This document shows positions 28,161 to 38,368 of a stretch of DNA of 64,000 bases, piece after piece. The stretch is taken from contig CAWCRS010000008.1 of assembly GCA_963798085.1 (NCBI GenBank), forward strand, positions 320,001 through 384,000, written 5' to 3'. Numbering within the stretch: position 1 is the first letter of the stretch; every line of letters begins with the position of its first letter. Both the position numbers and the translations under genes were made by a program. The notes below the pieces were generated by a model. It was not told the DNA's origin and searched no databases. It saw only the letters and a list, made by a program, of their open reading frames with translations. Source of the DNA: an uncultured Gemmatimonadales bacterium. Its GTDB lineage: Bacteria > Gemmatimonadota > Gemmatimonadetes > Longimicrobiales > RSA9.

Positions 28161-28568
28161 GTGAGCCGCATCACGCTGAGCCCTTTCGTCAACTTCCAGG
28201 GTCGGGCGCGCGAGGCCATGGAATTCTATCACGGATTGCTGGGCGGAAGACTCGAGCTGCAGACAATGAACGCGCAGGGCGAGTCCGCTCCCGCGGGTCC
28301 CGGTGATCGCATCACGCACGCCCGCCTCAATGCCAATGGTGTGGTCATCATCGCAACGGACGGCCACCCGGACTATCCCGCGGCGATCGGCCAGAACGTG
28401 GCCATGAGCCTGAGCGGCAACGACACCGGGCGACTGACCCGCATCTTCAACGGCCTCGCCGAGGGCGGCCGCACCAACATGCCGCTGACACCGCAGGGCA
28501 ATGTCGCGGTGGGCTGGCTGGTTGACCGGTTCGGCATCAACTGGACGGTCAACATCGCGCCAGCGTGA
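28161..28568 (+). CDS. VOC/PhnB family protein
   Basis: PFVNFQGRAREAMEFY...ITHARL...LAEGG...LVDRFGINW. Confidence 0.88.
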   Translation: MSRITLSPFVNFQGRAREAMEFYHGLLGGRLELQTMNAQGESAPAGPGDRITHARLNANGVVIIATDGHPDYPAAIGQNVAMSLSGNDTGRLTRIFNGLAEGGRTNMPLTPQGNVAVGWLVDRFGINWTVNIAPA

Positions 28569-28696
28569 GGCAGGACTGCACGCGACGCGCGCAGTTCCTG
28601 AGCCGCAGGAGCGAGGAGGACGCCGGCAGCCGTGTCCTGGCGCTGCCGAATGCTGCCGGGTTCCTCGTGTAGCCGACGGCGGTGTCAGATGAGACA

Positions 28697-29254
28697 ATGA
28701 GCAAACCGGTTGCCGATTCCGGCGAGGCGCGGAAGGCCGCGTGGACGGTGCGCCGACTGCACACCGTGGATGACGCGCAGATCGAGGGTCTCGCGGATGT
28801 GCTGATCGACTGCGTCGAAGGCGGCGCATCGGTGAGCTTCATGCTGCCGCTGACGCGCGAGCGTGCGCTGTCTTTCTGGCGCCGTGTGGCGCAGGGCGTG
28901 GTGGCCGGACAGCGCGCGCTGCTGATCGCGGAGGATGCGCAGGGTATTTGCGGCACGGTGCAGCTGCTGCTGGAGCAGCCGGAGAACCAGCCGCATCGTG
29001 CGGATCTGGCGAAGCTGCTGGTGCACCGGCGCTCCCGCCGGCAGGGCATCGGCGAAGCACTGACGCGCGCTGCCGAAAGGACGGCGCGCGATTGCGGCAG
29101 AACCCTCCTGGTTCTCGATACCGCGAGCGGCGAGGCCGAGCGCGTGTACCAGCGCACGGGCTGGGTGCGGTTGGGTGTAATCCCCGGTTATGCGCTGCTG
29201 CCGGCGGGCGGGTTGTGTGACACGGTCATCTACTATCGCGAGCTGCCGGACTGA
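28697..29254 (+). CDS. GNAT acetyltransferase (Ttr-like)
   Basis: DCVEGGASVSFM, ENQPHRADLAKLLVH..RRQGIG, LLVLDT. Confidence 0.9.
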   Translation: MSKPVADSGEARKAAWTVRRLHTVDDAQIEGLADVLIDCVEGGASVSFMLPLTRERALSFWRRVAQGVVAGQRALLIAEDAQGICGTVQLLLEQPENQPHRADLAKLLVHRRSRRQGIGEALTRAAERTARDCGRTLLVLDTASGEAERVYQRTGWVRLGVIPGYALLPAGGLCDTVIYYRELPD

Positions 29255-29510
29255 TCCCCGCCTCCGCCTGACCCGCCGAACCGCTCAGCAGCTCGGCGAG
29301 CGCCGCCAGCACGGCGCCCGCCGCCGGCACATTGATGGCCATGAGCGTACGCACGGCACGCAATGCGTCCGCGATGGAATGCCGCTCCGGAACGGGCATG
29401 ACCTGCAGTCTGGTCCGTTCCACCTCACCCGTCCCGGTCACAGCGTGCTGCGGGTCCGCGTAGGCGCGGATGAGGTACGAGGCCATGGCGATGGCGCCGT
29501 GCATCATCAC
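29226..29510 (-). CDS. hypothetical protein (doubtful)
   Basis: 94-aa ORF whose start overlaps the M56 stop; no recognisable motif. Confidence 0.3.
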   Translation of the reverse strand: MMMHGAIAMASYLIRAYADPQHAVTGTGEVERTRLQVMPVPERHSIADALRAVRTLMAINVPAAGAVLAALAELLSGSAGQAEAGISPAARDSR

Positions 29511-31491
29511 CGCGCGACAATCAGGATGCGCGACTGGAGGGTCGCTCGATCGGATTCATTGGAGAGCAATGCAGACAGCTCGGCCGCGCTCTCCGCCTGC
29601 ATCACGACGTTGCCGGTCGCGCGATTCAGCCGCAGCACCGAAACGAACGGCAGGGCCGGTGGGCGCGATTCCAACTGCGTGTTCCTGATCAGCTCGCGCG
29701 CCTTCGCTTCCTGGTCCGTGGTCAGCGTGATGCCTTCGAACAGATGCTGGAACGTCATGTTGGCGAAGATGCTGCTGACGAAGAGTCTGACTGTGTCAGC
29801 AACCTGACTCGCCGTGCCCTGTTCCGCAGCACCTCGCCCGCCACCACCACCGCCACCGCCCCCACGGCCTCCCCTGGCGCCACCACCCGCGCCACCGACG
29901 CGGCTGCCGCCCATGCCGGCGCCCACGCGGTTCCAGATGGCCGTGTCGGCCATCAGAGCGCCGCGGCCGCCGCCGCCGCCGCCGCGCCGGCTGGTCCAGT
30001 CCGGGAGAGGATTGCCGGATCTGCCGCGGCCTCCGGGTGCGTTCCGCGCTGCGTTCGCAGCGAACGTCGCGCGGTCGTTGTCATTGGCCAGCAGTTCGCG
30101 CAGTGCGGAGTCGCGTGCGGCATTCAGCTTGACTGTCTTCGCCATGTTCGCCTGCGCCGTCAGCAGCGCCAGCTGGTCCTGCACATCCTGCTGCACCTGG
30201 AGACTGGCGAGCAGGTTGCAGGCTCTGGCGGCCTGATCGGGCGTCAGGATGATGCCATCGAACAGCCGGTCATAATGGTGTCCACAACGAACGGAACCTG
30301 CGCGCTGGTCGCAGAGCAGGGCGCTCTGGTCGTGAGCGCGGGCGGCGTAGCGCGCGCGCCGCGCCGGCTGTCGCGCCGTGCGGCTGCGGTCTGGCTCGCG
30401 TGTGGCGGTGCGGCGGCGGCATCGTGTCCGGCTGCTGCTACTTGTGTGTTACCGAGGTCCGTCGTCGGGGCCACGGCTGGTGCAGGCGACGACGCGGCGC
30501 TCACCTGTGTCTCGCGGCGGGAGGGCGCGGCGGCCGCACGCACCGGCGCGGGCGGGTGTGGCGCGGCCATGGCGGCCGTCACCGCGAACAGCGCAATGCC
30601 CGCGGCGGCGGCCCGCGCCGCGCGTGACGTGCGGGCTCGGTGTCGCTTCAGCAGGCGAATGCGGCGCTCGAGCTGCACCGCGCGTTCCGCGAATGCGGTC
30701 ACGCCCATGAGTCTGGGTCCGCGCCGGGGACGAGCCACCTCCAGCAGCAGATCGCCGTAGGAGCGCACATCCGCATCGCGCAGCACGCGTGCATCGCAGT
30801 CCAGCTCCACCGCCGCGCGCAGGCGCAGCAGCTGCCACCACAACGCGAGGTTCCAGGGCATGAGGATGAGCGCGAGCTGCGCCGCGGTCAGCAGTCGCCC
30901 GTCGCTCGCGTGCTGGTGCTCCTGTTCGTGCCGCAACACCAGTGTCAGCTGGGAGGGCTCGAGCGCGAGCACCCACTCGGGCAAAACGATCTGCGGTGAC
31001 ACCACGCCCACGACCGCAGGCCCGGTTCGCTCGGCAACGAACAGGGGAACGCCCTGCACGACGCGCCGCTGCCACTGTCGCCGCATCCAGACGAGCGTGA
31101 CCACGCCGCCGAAGAAGTTGAACGCGAGCGCCAGGGAGAGCGCGATCCAGGTGAGCGCCAGCGGTTCGTCGAAGCGCGCCAGCGTTGCGCGCCAGTCACG
31201 CGCCGGCGAGGAGCTCGGCGCCATCGCGGCGAGCGGCGAAACCGGCGGCGCCGCCTCGCGGACCGGGTCGGTTGCGCCAGCAACACCGGCGTCGATCGCC
31301 GAGTCCGGGCGTACCGGACGCTGCGCAATGCGGAACGCCACGGCCGGCATGAAAAGCGAGAGCGCCATGGCGCCGATCCAGACAGGACGGACCGGGGCGC
31401 GACCGGCAAGCAGCGCGCGCTCGGCCAGCATGGCGGCCAGGGAGAGCCCCAGCGCGCACAGCGAGCAGTAGAACATCCAGGCGGCGATCAT
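29507..31491 (-). CDS. BlaR1/MecR1-like M56 metallopeptidase sensor; -1 frameshift at ~30274
   Basis: TM segments, GPAVVG..SPQIVLP, LRHEQEH, PWNLALWW, ELDCD; joined C-terminus has two LF(D/E)GI.LT.DQ repeats. Confidence 0.85.
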
Positions 31492-31865
31492 TGTTCAACC
31501 TCCCGAAGTTTGTCATCGAGCAGACGGCGGAGACGGCGCAGCTCGGCTGCGGTGACGCTCCGCTCGGTTACGAGGTGCGTGAGCAGACGCTCGGTCGACC
31601 CACCGAAGAGCTTCTCCACGAGTCGCGACGTCGCCGTGGCGCCCGCGTCTTCCTGCTTCACGACCGCGCGGAATCGATGCGCCTTCCCCTCCTCGGTGTG
31701 CGTCACATAGCCCTTGCCTTCCAGCACGGTGAGCACGGTCAGCACGGTATTGTGGGCCAGCTCATCGCTCAGGCGGGCGCGCACTTCCGCCACCGTCGAA
31801 GGCCCGCGGTGCCACAGGATCGCCATCACGTCGAGTTCCCTGTCCGTGAATGTTGGCGCCATCAT
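31488..31865 (-). CDS. BlaI/MecI/CopY family repressor
   Basis: FTDRELDVMAILW..GPSTVAEV...LAHNTVLTVL..LE.KGYV...LFGGS. Confidence 0.93.
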   Translation of the reverse strand: MMAPTFTDRELDVMAILWHRGPSTVAEVRARLSDELAHNTVLTVLTVLEGKGYVTHTEEGKAHRFRAVVKQEDAGATATSRLVEKLFGGSTERLLTHLVTERSVTAAELRRLRRLLDDKLREVEQ

Positions 31866-31946
31866 TCCTCCCATGTTCTTAGGTGTTAACGGCTGCACTG
31901 CGCCGTCGCTGCTCCCATGTGTCGTAACACCGTCACTTCCCTGCAA

Positions 31947-31968
31947 ATCTCCTAGCATCGTAGGAGAT
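31947..31968. promoter_or_regulatory. putative BlaI-family operator
   Basis: atctccta-gcatcg-taggagat perfect 8-bp inverted repeat in the divergent intergenic region. Confidence 0.6.
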
Positions 31969-32143
31969 ACGATGGCACGGCTGCCGGGCGCCTGTCAAGA
32001 GTCCTGTTGGCGCAGGCGGTGCGCGCATTCGCGAACCGTGAGCGGCGGCCGTATCCTGTCCGCGACGGGATTCGCCTGTGCGTGCGTGCGCGCGCAAGAC
32101 CATGCACGACGCAACGGCGAGTCGCGAGCCATGGGAGGTGGGA

Positions 32144-33127
32144 TTGAGCCGTGCAAGCCGGTTGTGTCCCGGCGGTGTGCTGGCCGCTGCGCTGGTCGCG
32201 TCGGCGGGAAGCGGGCTGGCGCAGGGCACCGGGGGCGCGCGCGAGGGCTACGTCACGACCACGGATGGCGCGCGCCTGTACTATCGCGTGATCGGGCAGC
32301 GGGGCGACACGATCATCGCGCTGCACGGTGGGCCGGGTGTCGACCTCGAGAGCATCGCGGGGGATTTCGTGCCGCTGGCGCAGCGCCATGTCGTGATCTT
32401 CTACGACCAGCGTGGCGCGGGGCGCTCGGAGCTGCCGGAGGACACGACGCGGCTGGCCGTGGCGCGACAGATTGCCGATCTCGATGAGGTGCGCGCGCAC
32501 TTCGGCGTGCAGCGCGTCACGCTCGTCGCGCACTCGTACGGTCCGCTGCTCGCCGCGTCGTACGCACTGGCGCACCCGGATCATGTGAGCCGCATGGTGT
32601 TCTTCGGCGCCGTGCCGCCCAGGCGAGGCGATTTCTGGCAGCGGTATGGGCAGAACATGAGTCCGCGCATGGACTCGACGCTGCGCGCGCGAGAGGCGGA
32701 TGCGAGTCGTCGCCTGAATGATCCGCAGGCAGACACGAAGCAGGCGTGCCGCGACTACTGGGCGGTGGGTCTGCGCGTGCGTCTGGCCGAGCCCGATCGC
32801 ACACTGTCGAAGATCCGCTCGGATCTCTGTGCCTCCGATCCGGCCGGCATCCGCTACGGACTCAGTACGACGAATCGTGTGGTGATGGGTTATTTCGGCG
32901 ACTGGGATCTGCGTGAACGCCTGCGTTCGCTGAACGTGCCCACACTCATTGTGCATGGTGAGGCTGACGCGATTCCCATGGATCTCGTGGAGGAATGGGC
33001 GACGTCGCTGCCGAACGCTCGACTCGTACGTGTGCCGCGCGCGGGTCACTTCAGCTACGCCGAGCGACCGGATTTCGTGTGGCCGGAAGTCGAGAAGTTT
33101 CTGGACGGCGCGCGGAAGACGCCGTGA
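32144..33127 (+). CDS. secreted alpha/beta hydrolase (proline iminopeptidase-like)
   Basis: GGAGG+TTG; signal peptide; LHGGPG, YDQRGAGRS, AHSYG nucleophile, GEAD, AGHF. Confidence 0.88.
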   Translation: MSRASRLCPGGVLAAALVASAGSGLAQGTGGAREGYVTTTDGARLYYRVIGQRGDTIIALHGGPGVDLESIAGDFVPLAQRHVVIFYDQRGAGRSELPEDTTRLAVARQIADLDEVRAHFGVQRVTLVAHSYGPLLAASYALAHPDHVSRMVFFGAVPPRRGDFWQRYGQNMSPRMDSTLRAREADASRRLNDPQADTKQACRDYWAVGLRVRLAEPDRTLSKIRSDLCASDPAGIRYGLSTTNRVVMGYFGDWDLRERLRSLNVPTLIVHGEADAIPMDLVEEWATSLPNARLVRVPRAGHFSYAERPDFVWPEVEKFLDGARKTP

Positions 33128-33330
33128 TGGCGGAGCACGAACAGTGCTGCCTGCTGGCGGTAACATACGCGCTCTTCCACGCGGCGAGGGGTCCGGCGCG
33201 CGTAGCCCTGTAGCCCGTTGCCGCGGTGCGGTCCCGCGCCGGACCGCCGGGGACCGCAGAACGCGATACGCCGCTGCGGCCACACAGCGGCCAGGCCCCT
33301 GCTCGCTTCAGGCGTTATCTTGAGCGCATC

Positions 33331-35835
33331 GTGAAACTCCTCACCCCGATCCCTGAACTGCTCGCTCCCGCCGGGAGCCTGGACGCCGTCCGCGCCGCCA
33401 TCGCGAATGGCGCGAATGCCGTCTACCTGGGCGCGGAGCAGTTCAATGCGCGGGACGAGGGCGCGCAGTTCAGCATGGCCGATGTGGAGCAGGCCTGCCG
33501 GCTGGCGCACGCGCGGGGTGTGCGCATTTACCTCACCTGGAACATCCTCTTCAAGCCGGCCGAGCTGAAGGCTGCGCTGCTGCACCTGGGCGACTGCATC
33601 GACTGCGGCATTGACGCGGCCATCGTGCAGGACATGGGCGCGATCCGGCTGGTGCGGCAGCTCTATCCGCGGCTGGAGATCCACGGCTCGACGCAGATGA
33701 CGGTGCACGATGCGGCGGGTGCGCGCGTGCTGCACGAGCTGGGCGTGCAGCGCGTGGTGCTGGCGCGCGAGAACACGCTCGATGACATCCGTGTTATCCG
33801 CGAGGCGGTGCCGGAGCTGGGGCTCGAGGGTTTCGTGCACGGTGCGCTCTGCATCGCCTACTCGGGGCAGTGCTACATGTCGGGCATGATCTCCGAGCGC
33901 AGCGCCAACCGCGGCGCCTGTGCGCAGTCGTGTCGCAAGGACTACGTGCTGGGCGATGCCGACACGAGCGACGAGCTGGACCGCGGCTATCTCATCTCGG
34001 CGCGGGATCTGTCGGCGTGGGAGCATCTCGAAGCCATTGCGTCGGCGGGCATCCGCTGCCTCAAGATCGAGGGTCGCAAGAAGAAGCCGGAGTACGTGGC
34101 CACGGTGACGCGCACGTACCGCGACTTCCTCGATCGCGTGGCCGCGGGGGAATGGCGGCCGCCCACCGAGTCGGAAGTGCAGCCGCTGGTGCAGATCTTC
34201 TCGCGTGGCTTCACGGGCGGCATGTACGGCGGTCGCGCGGGTCGCGACTACGTGACGCGCAATCATCCGGACAATCGCGGCGCCGTGCTGGGCCACGTGC
34301 TGGGCATGGAGGGCAGAGAGCTGCTGCTCGCGCTGACCAGCCCGGTGGGTGTGGGCGATGGGCTGGGCTTCGAGCATCCGGATGGCGCGGCGCATGGTAA
34401 CACGGGGTTTGGCGTGACGCAGGTGCGCGATCTGGGGCAGCGCGATGGGCGCTATCGACAGGCGATCAATGCGGGTGCGCGCGTCCCCGAGGGCTGGGTA
34501 GTGGTGCGCTCGGCGCAGGCGTCGCTGCTGGAGCACGCGAGGGCATCGTTCGCGGGCGTCGCAGGGGTCGCGCCGAAAAGGACGCGGCTGGACGTGCGGG
34601 CCCGCGGCCACGCCGGCGAGGCGCTCGAGCTGACGTTCATGGCAGGCGACGATGCCAGTACCGTGGCCAGCACGATTCCACTGGCACTGGCGACGAAGCA
34701 TGGCCTGGACGGTGCCCGCCTGCGCGAGCAGCTGGGCCGGCTGGGCGAGACGCCGTTCGTGCTGGGGTCGCTCGATGCGAGCGGGCTCGAGACGGGCCTG
34801 TTCCTGCCCGTCAGCGTGCTGAACGATCTCCGCCAGCAGGCGGTGGCGGCCCTGATCGCGCGGCGCGCGCAGGCGGAGCGGGAGCGGCTGGGTGCGCGCG
34901 AGCAGGCCATTGATGCCGCGCTGAAACAGCGGGTTAGCGCGCACCGCCCGGCCCTGGACGACGTGCCGGGCGAGGCCGGGTTCCGACTGGTCGCGGAGGT
35001 TTGGCGCGTGGAGGACGCACAGGCCGCGGCCGATGCCGGCGCCACGGAGGTCTCGCTGGATCCGTTCCTGCGCCATCCGCCGGCGTCGGTGGCCCGGGTC
35101 CGTGCGCTGCGCGAGGCGCTGCACCCGAGAGGCATAACACTTCGTTTGCGACTGCCCACCATCGTGCGGCCGGAGGAACGTCCCACGCTGGACCGCTGGC
35201 TGGCGCTGGAAACGCCCCTCGTGGCCGGCCATGTCGGGCTGCTGGCGGAGCTGAGCAGAGCCGGACGCGACGTCGTCGCCGACTACGGTGTGAACTGCTT
35301 CAACGCACACACGGCCGCGGAGCTGTTCCGGCTGGGCGCACGCCGCATTGTGCTGTCCGTGGAGCTGACCGGCGAGGAGATGGTGCAGGTGGCACTGCCC
35401 TGGGCGGGCGCGGGCTTCGAGGTGTTCGTCTACGGCCGGCCCGAGGGCATGACCCTCGAGCATTGCGTGCTGTCCGCGGCCTTCGACCGCGAGCCCACCA
35501 CGTGTCGCGACCTGTGCGTGCAGAAGCATCCAAACGTCGTGTTGACGGATCCCGCGGGCTACGCCTTCCCCGTGGCGACGGACGCGGCCTGCCGTAATCG
35601 TCTGTTGCACTCGCGGCCGGTGGACGGGTCGGCGTATCTGCCCGGTCTCTGGCGCGACGGCTTCCGCAGTTACCGCCTGGTGTTCAACGTGCCGGGCGAT
35701 CCGGTGGCCGAGGTGACGGGCGCATATCGCATGCTGCTCGCTGCGCTGGCCGCAGGCGAGGCGGCGCCGGAGCGGGCGCTGCGGGCCGTGATCGGCCGGG
35801 AGTATACGCGCGGCCATTTCGCGCGGGCGGTCTGA
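33331..35835 (+). CDS. rlhA: U32 family + DUF3656 protein (RlhA-like 23S rRNA hydroxylase)
   Basis: PELLAPAG, GANAVYLG, HGSTQ, FVHGALCIAYSGQC, ANRGACAQSCR, LKIEGR, QLGRLGETPF; second U32-like domain. Confidence 0.8.
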   Translation: MKLLTPIPELLAPAGSLDAVRAAIANGANAVYLGAEQFNARDEGAQFSMADVEQACRLAHARGVRIYLTWNILFKPAELKAALLHLGDCIDCGIDAAIVQDMGAIRLVRQLYPRLEIHGSTQMTVHDAAGARVLHELGVQRVVLARENTLDDIRVIREAVPELGLEGFVHGALCIAYSGQCYMSGMISERSANRGACAQSCRKDYVLGDADTSDELDRGYLISARDLSAWEHLEAIASAGIRCLKIEGRKKKPEYVATVTRTYRDFLDRVAAGEWRPPTESEVQPLVQIFSRGFTGGMYGGRAGRDYVTRNHPDNRGAVLGHVLGMEGRELLLALTSPVGVGDGLGFEHPDGAAHGNTGFGVTQVRDLGQRDGRYRQAINAGARVPEGWVVVRSAQASLLEHARASFAGVAGVAPKRTRLDVRARGHAGEALELTFMAGDDASTVASTIPLALATKHGLDGARLREQLGRLGETPFVLGSLDASGLETGLFLPVSVLNDLRQQAVAALIARRAQAERERLGAREQAIDAALKQRVSAHRPALDDVPGEAGFRLVAEVWRVEDAQAAADAGATEVSLDPFLRHPPASVARVRALREALHPRGITLRLRLPTIVRPEERPTLDRWLALETPLVAGHVGLLAELSRAGRDVVADYGVNCFNAHTAAELFRLGARRIVLSVELTGEEMVQVALPWAGAGFEVFVYGRPEGMTLEHCVLSAAFDREPTTCRDLCVQKHPNVVLTDPAGYAFPVATDAACRNRLLHSRPVDGSAYLPGLWRDGFRSYRLVFNVPGDPVAEVTGAYRMLLAALAAGEAAPERALRAVIGREYTRGHFARAV

Positions 35836-35995
35836 GCTCCCGCCACCGCCGGTTGGCGGCCTCGCGCCGTGGCATTGGGGCGGGCGCTCGTCACGGACGC
35901 ATTGCGGGTGAACCCCGCACACTTGTCGCCAACCCGCCGCGCACGTCATGTGTCCAACAGCAAGCGCAGGAATCCCCCTTCCGAATGAGGCAATC

Positions 35996-38350
35996 ATGAG
36001 GTTCAGCACCGCCATTGTTGCGAGCGCGGGGCTCGTGTGCGTGCTGGTCGCCGGGCCGGCGGCCGCGCAGGGGTACGGCCAGGCCGTACTGGTATCGGGC
36101 AACGAGGTGCTGGTGGGCGAGTCGCTGTACACCACGCGGCCGGGCTACGTCTACATTTACCGCAAGTCGGGCAGCCGCTGGGTCGAGGCGACGAAGCTGC
36201 AGGCTTCGGATGCAGCGCCTAACGACCATTTCGGGCGCACGCTGACCCTTGCCGAGGGCGACCTGCTGGTGAGCGCGACCGTGGCGCGGCAGTCGGGCGT
36301 GCTGTACGTGTTCTCGCGTGATGGCGACAGCTGGCGCGAGACGGCAGCGCTGCTGCCCAGTGATGCGCACCCGCAGGGCTCGTTCGGGCGGGTGAGCGTG
36401 ACCGATGGGCACAGCGTGATGCTGTCCTCGTGGGCATCAGACTCCAGCCGGGGCGCGGTGTACGTGTTCGAGAAGCAGAACGGTGCCTGGCGCGAGACCG
36501 CGAAGCTGCGGGCCGGTGACGGCGAGCCCAACGACTGGTTCGGCTTCTCCATGGCGATCGCCGGCGACCGCCTTGCCATTGGCGCGAGCCGCCGGGAGCG
36601 CGGACGCGGAGCTGTGTACCTGTTCCGGCGCAGTGGCGGCAGCTGGCAGGAGACGGCCCGTCTCATGCCGCCCGACACGGCCGCTAACACGGGGTTCGGC
36701 TCGGCCGTCGCCTTCGCCGGGGATGCCCTGCTGATCAGCGCGCCGGGCGCGGACGGCTTCGTGGGCGCCATCTACGGCTATCGCGCGGATGCGAACGGCA
36801 CCTGGACGCAGGCCGCGCGCGTTACGCCTCCGGCCGGCACCACACCCAACAACACGTTCGGCTCCGTGCTGCAGACGGTGGGCGACGAAGTGTGGGCGGG
36901 TGCGCCGGGCATCGACACCGGGCGCATGTATCGCCTCACGAAGGCAGCGGATGGCAACTGGCAGAGTGTCGTGTACCTGGGTGCACGCGACCTGCAGCCC
37001 GGCGACGGCTTTGCGGGCGCGCTCGACGTGAACGGATCACTCGCGGTCGCCGGTGTCGTGGGAGACGACTTCGGTCTGGGCTCAGCCGTGATCTACGAGA
37101 AGAGCAACAACAACTGGTCGGAATCGGCCCGCCTGGTGACCGAGGTGAAGGGGCTGGATCCCATTGTCGGCAACAAGGTCGACTGCACGGGCGGCAAGGC
37201 CAGTCTGTACGACTGCGGCGATGTCGACATCATGTCGTTCCTGCCCGTGCAGCAGGTGGGCGGCGGGCGAGGTGTGCAGCTGAACGACCTGTGGGGCTGG
37301 ACCAATGCACGCACCGGCAAGGAGTGGGCGCTGGTGGGGCGTGTCGATGGCACGTCGTTCATCGACCTGAGCGATCCCAACCACCCGGTGTACGTGGGCG
37401 ATCTGCCACTCACGAAGGGCGCCCGGCCCAGCATCTGGCGCGACATCAAGGTCTACAGGGATCACGCCTACATCGTGTCCGATGGTTCCGGTCCACACGG
37501 CATGCAGGTCTTCGATCTCACCCGCCTGCGCAACGTGCCGCGTTCGAAGATGCCGATGACCTTCACCGAGGACGCGCACTACGACCACATCGCCAGCGCG
37601 CACAACATCGTAATCAACGAAGCGACCGGCTTTGCCTACGCGGTGGGCGCCAATTCCGGCGGCGAGACCTGCGGCGGCGGGCTGCACATGATCGACATCC
37701 GCGAACCCGCGAAACCGAAGTTTGCGGGCTGTTTCCAGGACACGCAGACGGGCATTCAGCGGACAGGCTACACGCACGATGCGCAGTGCGTCGTCTATCA
37801 CGGCCCGGACGCGAAGTTCAAGGATCACGAGATCTGCATGGGTGCCAACGAGACCATGCTGTCCATCGCCGACGTGACGGACAAGAGCAAGCCGGTCTCA
37901 CTGGCGCGCGCCGGTTATCCCAGCGTGGGCTATGCGCACCAGGGCTGGCTGGATGAGCAGCACGAGTACTTCTACATGGATGATGAAACCGACGAGATAT
38001 CGGGCAACATCCAGCACACGCGGACGCTGGTGTGGGATGTGAAGGACCTCGAGGATCCGGTGCTGGTCAAGGAGTATTTCGGACCCAGCACTTCGAGCGA
38101 CCACAACCTCTACGTGCGCGGCAACCTGGTGTACGAATCGAACTACGTCAGCGGCCTGCGCATCATCGACATCTCGAATCGCACGGATCCCAAGGAAGTC
38201 GGCTTCTTCGACACCGTGCCGGGCAATGATGCGCCGGGTTTCGACGGCTCCTGGTCGAACTACCCGTTCTTCGCGAGTGGCACGATCGTGGTCACGAGCA
38301 TGAAGGAAGGCGTGTTCTTCCTGCGCCGGCACACGCGCGCGGTGTCGTAA
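35996..38350 (+). CDS. choice-of-anchor B family secreted protein with FG-GAP and LVIVD repeats
   Basis: Signal peptide; repeated D.FG.S/GAVY; NDLWGWT, WRDIKVY, HNIVIN, HDAQCVVY, HQGW, DHNLY, WSNYPFF. Confidence 0.85.
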   Translation: MRFSTAIVASAGLVCVLVAGPAAAQGYGQAVLVSGNEVLVGESLYTTRPGYVYIYRKSGSRWVEATKLQASDAAPNDHFGRTLTLAEGDLLVSATVARQSGVLYVFSRDGDSWRETAALLPSDAHPQGSFGRVSVTDGHSVMLSSWASDSSRGAVYVFEKQNGAWRETAKLRAGDGEPNDWFGFSMAIAGDRLAIGASRRERGRGAVYLFRRSGGSWQETARLMPPDTAANTGFGSAVAFAGDALLISAPGADGFVGAIYGYRADANGTWTQAARVTPPAGTTPNNTFGSVLQTVGDEVWAGAPGIDTGRMYRLTKAADGNWQSVVYLGARDLQPGDGFAGALDVNGSLAVAGVVGDDFGLGSAVIYEKSNNNWSESARLVTEVKGLDPIVGNKVDCTGGKASLYDCGDVDIMSFLPVQQVGGGRGVQLNDLWGWTNARTGKEWALVGRVDGTSFIDLSDPNHPVYVGDLPLTKGARPSIWRDIKVYRDHAYIVSDGSGPHGMQVFDLTRLRNVPRSKMPMTFTEDAHYDHIASAHNIVINEATGFAYAVGANSGGETCGGGLHMIDIREPAKPKFAGCFQDTQTGIQRTGYTHDAQCVVYHGPDAKFKDHEICMGANETMLSIADVTDKSKPVSLARAGYPSVGYAHQGWLDEQHEYFYMDDETDEISGNIQHTRTLVWDVKDLEDPVLVKEYFGPSTSSDHNLYVRGNLVYESNYVSGLRIIDISNRTDPKEVGFFDTVPGNDAPGFDGSWSNYPFFASGTIVVTSMKEGVFFLRRHTRAVS

Positions 38351-38368
38351 CGGGTCGCGCTCCCGGGC

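Noticed and set aside
33055..36135. 1026-aa minus-strand ORF, and similar long shadow ORFs such as 23030..25747 and 18707..20323
   Set aside because: Antisense or alternate frames of well-supported genes; expected in high-GC DNA; no motifs apart from the real genes they run into
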